A stretch of DNA of 64,000 nt from Candidatus Woesearchaeota archaeon (lineage in GTDB: Archaea; Nanobdellota; Nanobdellia; Woesearchaeales; UBA583). Under the pieces are notes generated by a model. It was given only the letters and a program-made list of their open reading frames with translations, made no database searches and had not been told where the DNA came from. Positions within the stretch are counted from its first letter, which is position 1, and every line of letters starts with the position of its first letter. Both the position numbers and the translations under genes were made by a program. Positions 20,771-29,333 of this stretch are shown here, piece after piece. The DNA lies in assembly GCA_965205335.1 (NCBI GenBank), contig OZ242164.1, positions 928,001 through 992,000 on the forward strand, read 5' to 3'.

Positions 20771-23145
20771 AAAACAAAACAAACATAAAAGAGAATAAAA
20801 AAGCATTTGCTTTTACTATGCTTGCATTTTTTTTAATCTTTCTAATCTTTACAATAGGTTCACTGATTTTATTCTCGGGTTCATACGCAAATGAAAATTT
20901 ATTCAAAGAGTCAAGAATTTTAAGCATTAATAGTGAAATACAATATTTCAAAGATGTTTATATAAAAAATGCCATATCATATAGTTCATATGGTGTTTTA
21001 GAATCTCTTTTGAATTATTCAAGAACAAATTATACTTTTTCACAGGATTATAAAGAGTTCAATAGATTATTTTCGGAAGGATTGCTTAATGGAAGTTTTG
21101 ACTCAATAGATCGACCAGAATTATCTGATAAAAATTTAGGTTACCTTTTTAGAGAATATCAGGAGACTTTTTCACGAAACTACAGAGGAGATCTTGATTT
21201 CAAAGTTAACTTAGTTGGAATTTATGATTTAAGTCCATACTACATTTCCGTTCAGATTAATGCAGATTATAACATTACAACTTATGATAAAATTTCTTTT
21301 TGGGATTTTAATGATGATTTTGTTGTATCTGTGCCAGTTTCAGGCTTGTATGACCCTGAGTTTTTACTCTCTGATTCCAAAGAAGTACCCATAACTCCTG
21401 CAGAGAATACTTTTGGGCATGCTTCAGCATGGTCACATGTAACTCTTAATGAAACGATTTTAAATATGTATGCCTCAATCCATGAAGAACCCTTTTACAA
21501 ATACACGATAGGGAAAAGTTTTCTCAATAGATTTCTAAATTTTTCTGTTGGCGCAATGAAAGATGTAATAGGATTTTGGAATTTTGATTATGATTTAGTT
21601 GAGAGAGGAGTTTATGACAGAAGCAGAGTTAATTTACTAGGAGAGCATTTTGGAAACTCAATACTTGTTTTAAATTTTAATGATATGTCAGATTTAACAA
21701 ATGATTTATCTGCATACAATACCTTGGCGCAAACTCATGGAAATCCTTCTTGGGTTAATGACTCATGTATATCTATGGGATGTTTGAAACTTGATGGAAT
21801 TGATGATTATATTAATATTTCAGATAACCTAAATTTATCTAAGGATATATCTATATCTATATGGGCAAAATCAAATGCAACATCATGTGATAATATAAAT
21901 ACACAGGTTTTAATGGCAGATGATGCTTCGGGAAGAAATGGTCTTAGAATTTCCCAGAGTTCATGTGAATTACTATCTCTTAAAGGCAATAGTTCATATG
22001 ATGCAATAAAAGTAAATCTAACAGACTATAATATATCTCACTCAGATTGGAATCATTATGTTGTTGTAAGTTCAGATAATGGTTTATTTTTATATCTTAA
22101 TGGAATTTTTGTTAGTAGGAATACAAACAATTTTACAAAATTAGCATATACTAATGCAGGTGGTTCTTGGCTTGAAGTTGGACATGCGAGAGGAAATAGC
22201 GGTTGGTACTTTGATGGTTTAATAGATGAATTTTCATTATATTCAAAGGCATTATCGAACAGTGAAATTGCAGATTTATATGAGGAGAAAAGAGCCTTGT
22301 TAATTGATTATAAGGATTCTCTATATGGCAGTGGAATTGAATTTGATGGGATTAATGATTATATCAATATAAGTCTGGATGATTTTACAGGAGATGATTT
22401 CAGTTTTTCAATATGGATTAAGCCATATAATAATATAGGAAACATTATGACTTTTGATAGTGAGTTTGCTTTATCAATTAATTCCAGTGAGATATTAGTA
22501 AGTGATAATAAGGGAAATGAAACTCATGCCCCATACAATTTCGAATTAGGTGAATATCTCAATATTATAGGAATATATAGTTCATTATCTAATAAAATCT
22601 CATTATATATAAATTCAGAGTTTATTAAATCATCAGATGGCTCTTGGAATCCTGACGGGGATGGAGGAATTTTTACTGTTGGCTCGGGTAAGTATCCAAA
22701 CAATGGAATTACAGGGGCTTATTTTAATGGCATAATTGATGAAATCAAAATATACAATAGATCTCTTACCAAAGCAGAAATTGACATATTATACTCTAAT
22801 TTCGACTCAGCAGGAAAGGCTTGCTGTAATTATATAATCCCTATTAATCCCCATTTATTAGGCTATAATACCACTTTGTATAACGGAACTATACCATATT
22901 CATCAAAATTATTTTATGATATCCACAGGAGAGGAATTCCTATTAATGTTTCTCTTTTTAATTCCATTGGATTTACTTCGCAAAGAGAGGACGAAAATTT
23001 CTATAATTTCAGAATAGATGATTGCATGGCAGAAGGATATAATGCATTTTCTGATGATTATGATCCTTATTACTTATTTTACCTTAATTATACAGGTAAA
23101 GATTCTGGTAATTGCACATATTTAATTGAACAAGGAATCTATTAA
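20761..23145 (+). CDS. Large pilin-like adhesin with two LamG/concanavalin-like domains
   Basis: KKA|FAFTMLAFF hydrophobic N-terminus; two copies of (L/F)DG..DYINI...SIW.K...F(D/N)G.IDE..(L/I)Y. Confidence 0.85.
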   Translation: MALKNKTNIKENKKAFAFTMLAFFLIFLIFTIGSLILFSGSYANENLFKESRILSINSEIQYFKDVYIKNAISYSSYGVLESLLNYSRTNYTFSQDYKEFNRLFSEGLLNGSFDSIDRPELSDKNLGYLFREYQETFSRNYRGDLDFKVNLVGIYDLSPYYISVQINADYNITTYDKISFWDFNDDFVVSVPVSGLYDPEFLLSDSKEVPITPAENTFGHASAWSHVTLNETILNMYASIHEEPFYKYTIGKSFLNRFLNFSVGAMKDVIGFWNFDYDLVERGVYDRSRVNLLGEHFGNSILVLNFNDMSDLTNDLSAYNTLAQTHGNPSWVNDSCISMGCLKLDGIDDYINISDNLNLSKDISISIWAKSNATSCDNINTQVLMADDASGRNGLRISQSSCELLSLKGNSSYDAIKVNLTDYNISHSDWNHYVVVSSDNGLFLYLNGIFVSRNTNNFTKLAYTNAGGSWLEVGHARGNSGWYFDGLIDEFSLYSKALSNSEIADLYEEKRALLIDYKDSLYGSGIEFDGINDYINISLDDFTGDDFSFSIWIKPYNNIGNIMTFDSEFALSINSSEILVSDNKGNETHAPYNFELGEYLNIIGIYSSLSNKISLYINSEFIKSSDGSWNPDGDGGIFTVGSGKYPNNGITGAYFNGIIDEIKIYNRSLTKAEIDILYSNFDSAGKACCNYIIPINPHLLGYNTTLYNGTIPYSSKLFYDIHRRGIPINVSLFNSIGFTSQREDENFYNFRIDDCMAEGYNAFSDDYDPYYLFYLNYTGKDSGNCTYLIEQGIY

Positions 23146-23216
23146 TACTAATTTGATTTGATTACTTTGAAGTGGTTAGTAATGTTTTTATTATTTTCGT
23201 TAGAACATAAATTAAA

Positions 23217-23693
23217 ATGGATGAATATTTAGTTGAAAAAGAGAGTTCTGGAGAGAAATTTCTAGATGTACTAGTATTTGTTGCAGTATTTCTTGTAACA
23301 ATTTTTCTGATTCTAGAACTTTTAGGCAGGGGGCTTAACATTAGTGGTAATACTGAGCTTTACCTCTGGGTTAGTGTATTTGTATTTGTAGTATTTATTA
23401 TTGATTTAATCAGATTAGGAAGTCACTCAAAGGGATTTGGGGATTTTATGAGCAATAATTGGCTTGATGTTCTTGCAACTATTCCTTTTGAGTTAATTGC
23501 ACTTGGATTAGGTCAAGTAGATCCGCAGACCCTTCAGGCATTCGGCCTATTGAAATGGAGTAAATTCCACAGATTATCTAAACTAGGGAGATTACAACAA
23601 ATTTCAAGAATTTCAAAGATTTCCAAAGAATTTAAGGCAGCAGCTCATCTTAAAAGAGAAGGTAAGAGATACAGAAGAGATAACAAATTATAA
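23217..23693 (+). CDS. Stand-alone voltage-sensor-domain (Ion_trans S1-S4) membrane protein
   Basis: S2 F..D, S3 NWLDVLATIPF, S4 basic residue every third position (KWSKFHRLSKLGRLQQISRISKISK); no pore domain. Confidence 0.75.
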   Translation: MDEYLVEKESSGEKFLDVLVFVAVFLVTIFLILELLGRGLNISGNTELYLWVSVFVFVVFIIDLIRLGSHSKGFGDFMSNNWLDVLATIPFELIALGLGQVDPQTLQAFGLLKWSKFHRLSKLGRLQQISRISKISKEFKAAAHLKREGKRYRRDNKL

Positions 23694-23782
23694 TTTTATT
23701 TCTTTTTGTTGTCTGTAACTTGTAACTATTCTTTTTAATTAATTAATTTTATATATCTGATAATTATATTTCTATTAATATT

Positions 23783-26386
23783 ATGGCAGCAGATTTTGAC
23801 CAACATGACCCTAAGGTATTTAAGGAAACTCTTGGTTCATTTGGTACTACAACAAACCCTAACGCAAGAAATCAACTTGAGGAACTTCAGGCAAAAGTAA
23901 GACAGGGAGTTAAGCATGTTGAAATTCATCTTATGAACTCAGGGAAGGGGCAGTTTAATATTCAGGATGTTCCAGATAAATATGGTTTTGAGCAGAGAAG
24001 AACCATAATGCAACTTGCAAAAATTAACAAGCAGACTCTTTCTGTTCATGGTGATTTTTCCATTAATTCATTTTCAGGCTTGTCACAAAGAGGTTTTGAT
24101 GAAGTATATAGAGCAAAGAATATAAAAGAGATTGATGAAACAATAAAGTTTGCAGCAGAGACTGCAAAAGGAGGAGCAGTTGTATTTCATTTGCATGAAA
24201 CAGGTCTACCACCAACACCTCCTCAAGAATTAAATCTTCCTAAGTGGTATCTTGATAAATTAAAGAAAAGCGATGATGAAAAACTAAGAAAAGAATATGA
24301 AGATATTATGGAAAATACTTTAAAGAAAGATGAACTTAGCAGAAGATTCGTTGAAAATCCTGACCAAGAATCTGAGATAAAGATAAAATATGAAAATATG
24401 AGCAATAGAAAGAAAGAAGAATTAAGAAAAGATTTTGAAATTAATAACTGGAAGGATTATTATCAGTATAATAAGGATGAACAGATTAAGTTGGAACAGG
24501 AAGGAAACCCATTAGTTGTTATTGGGAATAGTATTACAAGAGTATCAAGGGAACAGGATGTAATTGATGTTGATAGAGTGCTCAATGCAGAGAAAGAAGA
24601 CACTAAATATAGGGATTTCAAATTAACAGATGAAGAGAGAAAATATTTAAAAGAGAAACTAAATATTGATATGGACCCTAAGATATTTCATCTTGATGAT
24701 TTCCAGAGAATTCAGGCAAGATTTATTAATAAAAATGATTATAATCGTGATGATGGTTTAGATAAGGAGAAATTTCGAAAGCTAAGATCCAAATTCATTG
24801 AAGAATATGTTGATGTATTAAATACTAATCATAGAATGAAATCTGCAGCGGATGAAGAATATTTCCGAAAAACAATGAAAATGCAAATCAAAATGGCTGA
24901 ACTTCAAAGAGAGGATATGGAGTTAACCAAAACAAGATATAAAAATTATTATGATGAAATTCAGAAAATTAAAAAAGAAGAAAGAATATTGACAGCCCAA
25001 CTTAGAGATGCAATTAAATCAAATGATAAGAAAAAAATTGAAGAACTATCAGGAAGACTTGATGGTTATAAGAATATTAATGATTTACCTGAGGAAGATA
25101 GAAGAGAATTAGAAGAATTATCCCAAAAAGCAAGAGGAGGGAATTTGCAAAATCTAACAACAGAGGAAAGATGGAAATTACAACAACTTCAAGGTGGTTT
25201 AAGGGAAAAGAAGAAATATATTGAGTTTCAGGATGTGGGTCAGGCTGAGTATCATAAATTAGAACGTTATGATGAGATGGTTGGTCAGTTGAATGAGCAG
25301 ATTAAAAAACTAAAGGAAAAGCAACTTAATGCAAAAGGTTTATCTGATGAAATTTTTGAGAAAAATGCAAGTGCTATGGGACAACTCGGACTTAAAGCTC
25401 TAAGATACCAGATTGATATGAAGCAGAAAGCTAAAGAAGGAAAGCAAAAAGTTGCACAGTATGATAAACAAATCAAAGATTTGCAGACCCAATTAAACTC
25501 TTCCTCAAACCAGAAAGAAAGGGATAAACTAAATGCCCAGATTCAGAAGATAAAATATGATAAGAGATTATGGGTTGGAACTACTGATTATTCAGATATT
25601 GATTTAGAGAACAGACCTCTTTATTTAGCCCCGGAAAACATTATGGCTGGGTATGGTTATATGGATACTCTTGAAGAATACAAAGGAGTTATACGAACAT
25701 CATGGGAACAATTTGCTCATAAATTATTAAGTAATGAAGAGGTTTATGTTAAACTAAGAGAAGATTACGAGAGAGAAACAGGAAAGAAAATTGTAACAAA
25801 AGAAGATGCTATAGAAGTTGCGAAACATCATATTGGAGGAACTTTTGATAATGCTCACGCGGGGGTTTGGCTTAAATATTTTAAGAAAAAAGATGGAGAA
25901 TCAGAGGAAGATAGAATTAAGAGATTTAATAAATGGCTAAATCAGGAGGCAGAAAATATGGCAAGAGAAGGGGTAATAAAACATGTTCATTTTAATGATA
26001 CTCAGGCAAAAGATGATGACCATAATTTATTAGGTTCAGGAATATTAGATATTCATGATTTAAGAGAAAGATTAAGAAAAGCAGGAATTAAAGAATCCCT
26101 CATTATTGAAGCAGGAGGCAGAGGTGCTGATAGAATTATGCATATTACAAATGCATTTGATATATTTAATCCTGCTCTGCACTCTCAGGAAGCTATGGCT
26201 GAGAGGGAAGCAAGAGGATACATTCCTGGCTCAACAAGTGTATCTGATTGGATTAGTGTTAAACGTGATTATGAACAAAGACCTGAGTTCTCGCGATATG
26301 GAATGGGTTATAATACTTTTTCAACTCAGGTTCAGCCACCTCAGGGAATGCCAAAGGGAAGTTGGTCGGGGACTGGATTTTTCTGA
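23783..26386 (+). CDS. Xylose-isomerase/AP-endonuclease-2 TIM-barrel protein with a long coiled-coil insertion
   Basis: LSVHG, VVFHLHE, LAPEN, TFDNAHA, KHVHFND...DDH, IIE metal-type motifs around about 450 aa of charged helical sequence. Confidence 0.75.
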   Translation: MAADFDQHDPKVFKETLGSFGTTTNPNARNQLEELQAKVRQGVKHVEIHLMNSGKGQFNIQDVPDKYGFEQRRTIMQLAKINKQTLSVHGDFSINSFSGLSQRGFDEVYRAKNIKEIDETIKFAAETAKGGAVVFHLHETGLPPTPPQELNLPKWYLDKLKKSDDEKLRKEYEDIMENTLKKDELSRRFVENPDQESEIKIKYENMSNRKKEELRKDFEINNWKDYYQYNKDEQIKLEQEGNPLVVIGNSITRVSREQDVIDVDRVLNAEKEDTKYRDFKLTDEERKYLKEKLNIDMDPKIFHLDDFQRIQARFINKNDYNRDDGLDKEKFRKLRSKFIEEYVDVLNTNHRMKSAADEEYFRKTMKMQIKMAELQREDMELTKTRYKNYYDEIQKIKKEERILTAQLRDAIKSNDKKKIEELSGRLDGYKNINDLPEEDRRELEELSQKARGGNLQNLTTEERWKLQQLQGGLREKKKYIEFQDVGQAEYHKLERYDEMVGQLNEQIKKLKEKQLNAKGLSDEIFEKNASAMGQLGLKALRYQIDMKQKAKEGKQKVAQYDKQIKDLQTQLNSSSNQKERDKLNAQIQKIKYDKRLWVGTTDYSDIDLENRPLYLAPENIMAGYGYMDTLEEYKGVIRTSWEQFAHKLLSNEEVYVKLREDYERETGKKIVTKEDAIEVAKHHIGGTFDNAHAGVWLKYFKKKDGESEEDRIKRFNKWLNQEAENMAREGVIKHVHFNDTQAKDDDHNLLGSGILDIHDLRERLRKAGIKESLIIEAGGRGADRIMHITNAFDIFNPALHSQEAMAEREARGYIPGSTSVSDWISVKRDYEQRPEFSRYGMGYNTFSTQVQPPQGMPKGSWSGTGFF

Positions 26387-26435
26387 TGCAGTAACAAGTT
26401 AATTTTATATAAGATTACAATACTGAAAATTTATT

Positions 26436-27218
26436 ATGGAAATTGGTTTATGGCTAATTATATTAGGATTTCTAATATTAGCTTATGTTATATTTAAACT
26501 TATTAAGAAAGTAGTATTTGCAATTATTGCTGTTGTTTTATTAGTAGTTCTTGTATTTGGGGGAGTTGCGGGTTTAGTCTATATTGATATGAAAAACCTT
26601 GCAGATAAAACAGACTATGATGTTAATTTTCTCTTAGAGGAAGAAGATGATTACTCATTAGGATTTGGGTTTCCCGTGCGAGAAGGAGAATTTGAGTTGT
26701 TAAATGTATACGGATTATCTCAAGATGATATCTCAAAAATAGATGTTGATGAAATTTCAAAATCTGATAATCTATTTATTGTAAGTATTAATAGAGACTT
26801 TCTTGAAAGTTTAACACCTGATAAATACCCTGTTGACTCATTTATTTCACCAGAAGAAAATAAGGACTATAATCTAACTTTCACAAATGGAGAAGTTCTC
26901 TCTCTTATGAATTCAAAATCTCAGATTAGTGATGTGATTGATATTGTATTAGAGAAAGATGATGTTGAATCAGAGTCTCTGAGTACTAAAATTGAAGAAC
27001 ACCTTCTTGAAAAAGACATTGATGTAGGAACAGCAATATTTTCTGTGGTTTTATCAGATATTTTTAGTGATGAATCAAACTCACTTGATCTAATCACTGG
27101 ATATAAAGAAGGAGAAATAAACATATATCCAGACAGAATTAGTTTCAAATTAATAAAATGGCTTCCTACAAAAACTATTCAGAGTTTCTTAGAAGATAAT
27201 CCTTCTAATGAAGAATAA
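26436..27218 (+). CDS. Membrane protein (2 N-terminal TM helices, acidic soluble domain)
   Basis: Hydropathy pattern; TATA-like TTTATATA upstream. Confidence 0.7.
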   Translation: MEIGLWLIILGFLILAYVIFKLIKKVVFAIIAVVLLVVLVFGGVAGLVYIDMKNLADKTDYDVNFLLEEEDDYSLGFGFPVREGEFELLNVYGLSQDDISKIDVDEISKSDNLFIVSINRDFLESLTPDKYPVDSFISPEENKDYNLTFTNGEVLSLMNSKSQISDVIDIVLEKDDVESESLSTKIEEHLLEKDIDVGTAIFSVVLSDIFSDESNSLDLITGYKEGEINIYPDRISFKLIKWLPTKTIQSFLEDNPSNEE

Positions 27219-27227
27219 TTTAACTAT

Positions 27228-28544
27228 CTAAAAACCAAACTCATCTTTTATCTGGGAAATTGCATTAGGATCTTCTCCACCGTGCCATGTAAACCTCGGT
27301 TTTACCTGCATAGTATGTAACCTCTCATTTTTATCATCCATAATAATAGCGCAACCCTTAGTTCTTGGCATTGAATTAAACAATTCCTTTGAGCCTTTAT
27401 TATTATAACTTAAAAAAATCTTATCCAATGCTTCCAAATCAAAACTTGCAGTCAGCCTGTGAGCTAAAACAATATCACATTGAGTAATTGCATCAGTGTG
27501 AATCTTAGCAGGTTGCTGAGTTGCAAGAATAAGACTAACTCCAGGTTGTCTTCCCTCTCTTAAAATTGTTATAAGAGATTTTGAAGATGGAACTATCTCA
27601 TCTCTTGGGAGAAACTCATGAGCCTCATCAACTATTATCCATGGCATTGGAATATCTCCTTCAATCTCATCTTTTTTCACAACCTGAGTTTTATTTACAA
27701 TATCTCTAAGTTCTTCATTTTTACGAACAAGCATTCTCTCAACAAATATTTTTTTAGATAATATTCCTAAAACCAGAGCTTTAACCTCCCACCCTCCAGG
27801 CATTGCAACATAAGGTGATAAATCCATAACAGTTACCTTTCCTCCCTTTAATATATCCTTAATAGGAGTTCCCCTCTTTGAAAAAATCCCCCAGGACTTA
27901 ACATTCTCAAACCTTGTTTCAATTGCAAGCTTTGTCTTATCATCTAACCGTTCAAAATTTTTTGTCTCCCTAATCAAATCATCAACAGAAAAATCTCCAT
28001 CTCTATCAAGTAACTTACCAACAATTCTTGAAATTCCAACCCCTATAATATCATCATTTTGAAGATTAAATGCATTCATCCAATCTTCAATTGTTAACTC
28101 ATTTGGCTTTATATAAAAAGGAAAATCCACAGGAATGCCATCTTCCTTATATTTCTCATAGAATCCTCCGGGGATATATATTAAAACATCAAGACCCTTC
28201 CCTTCAAGTCCCCACTGTTTTAGCAAACCATCTTCTTTCGAATTAGGATATTTCATAGACCAATAAACACCCATAGTATCCATTAAAATAAACGAGAGAT
28301 TTTTTGAAATACTTGGATCCATATCAGACAATCCTTCTGCAATAGAACCCATAGTATATGACTTTCCCCCTCCTCTCTTTCCAACTATAAGCATCGCATG
28401 AGTTCTTGAAACATCTAAATAAATAGGATTAGAAAGTGATGAAGTCTGTCCCATCTGAACATATTGCTTTCCAATAAAAACAGTTCCATCCTTTCCGAAT
28501 TTCTTTTGATCAGATAAAGTCCTACCTAAAATAATATCATACAT
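27228..28544 (-). CDS. HerA/FtsK-like (DUF87) P-loop ATPase
   Basis: VGKRGGGKSY Walker A, IIVDEAH Walker B, REGRQPG..LILATQQP; ATG 28544 lies about 25 bp from a TATA box. Confidence 0.9.
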   Translation of the reverse strand: MYDIILGRTLSDQKKFGKDGTVFIGKQYVQMGQTSSLSNPIYLDVSRTHAMLIVGKRGGGKSYTMGSIAEGLSDMDPSISKNLSFILMDTMGVYWSMKYPNSKEDGLLKQWGLEGKGLDVLIYIPGGFYEKYKEDGIPVDFPFYIKPNELTIEDWMNAFNLQNDDIIGVGISRIVGKLLDRDGDFSVDDLIRETKNFERLDDKTKLAIETRFENVKSWGIFSKRGTPIKDILKGGKVTVMDLSPYVAMPGGWEVKALVLGILSKKIFVERMLVRKNEELRDIVNKTQVVKKDEIEGDIPMPWIIVDEAHEFLPRDEIVPSSKSLITILREGRQPGVSLILATQQPAKIHTDAITQCDIVLAHRLTASFDLEALDKIFLSYNNKGSKELFNSMPRTKGCAIIMDDKNERLHTMQVKPRFTWHGGEDPNAISQIKDEFGF

Positions 28545-28729
28545 AAATAACTCCAAAAAAGATACTTTATAAAGATTTATAACAGATTTAAGGGGTAAAA
28601 TAAGATATTAACATAAAATCTAATAAAGACAGATAACAAACTATTCCTTATTTCTAAGTTCTCAAACCCGAAATATTTCACTTACTAACAAAAAACAAAT
28701 TTTATAAATGCGTAAACTTAAAAATATCT

Positions 28730-29332
28730 ATGTTTGAGATTGACGTAATTAGATTTCTAAATGATTTTAAGAATACATATGATGAATATGAAAAACAAAA
28801 AATCAAAAAATCAATCTCCGAGCTAATCTCCCAAAATGAGAAAGAATATGAAGAATTTAAAACAAAGGATTTAGATCCCCAAACCTTATCTCTCTTGCAA
28901 GAATGTGAAAATATAGTTAAAGAAAAGAAATTAGAACAGGAGAAAGAAGAAGCAACAGATTCGCAAATAGTCAAAGATGCATTTATGAAATGGTCACAGG
29001 AATACAACCTCAACTCAAAACAGCCCAATGAAAACTGCATAGCAATAATAAATAAACTAATTGAATTTTACATTGAGAATAGATATGAAGTCATACAAAC
29101 TATACTTGATATAAATAACGAAGATTCAGATTATAAGGCATTTAAAGCAATGCTAAAAAACAGTATTCGCGGTTACTATGCAAGAAAAATAAGTTCATAC
29201 ATTGAATCTGATAAATTTGAATCGTTAAGTTTATTTCAGAAGTTCAAAAAAGATAGAGACTTACACAGATTGCTAAAGAAAATTGGAAGATATGAATTTG
29301 ACAGAAAAGAAATTAATGAGGTTTTAACTTAA
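28730..29332 (+). CDS. Hypothetical helical protein, coupled to the downstream SLT gene
   Basis: 200-aa ORF ending 1 bp before the next ATG; TTTTATAAA upstream. Confidence 0.65.
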   Translation: MFEIDVIRFLNDFKNTYDEYEKQKIKKSISELISQNEKEYEEFKTKDLDPQTLSLLQECENIVKEKKLEQEKEEATDSQIVKDAFMKWSQEYNLNSKQPNENCIAIINKLIEFYIENRYEVIQTILDINNEDSDYKAFKAMLKNSIRGYYARKISSYIESDKFESLSLFQKFKKDRDLHRLLKKIGRYEFDRKEINEVLT

Positions 29333-29333
29333 A

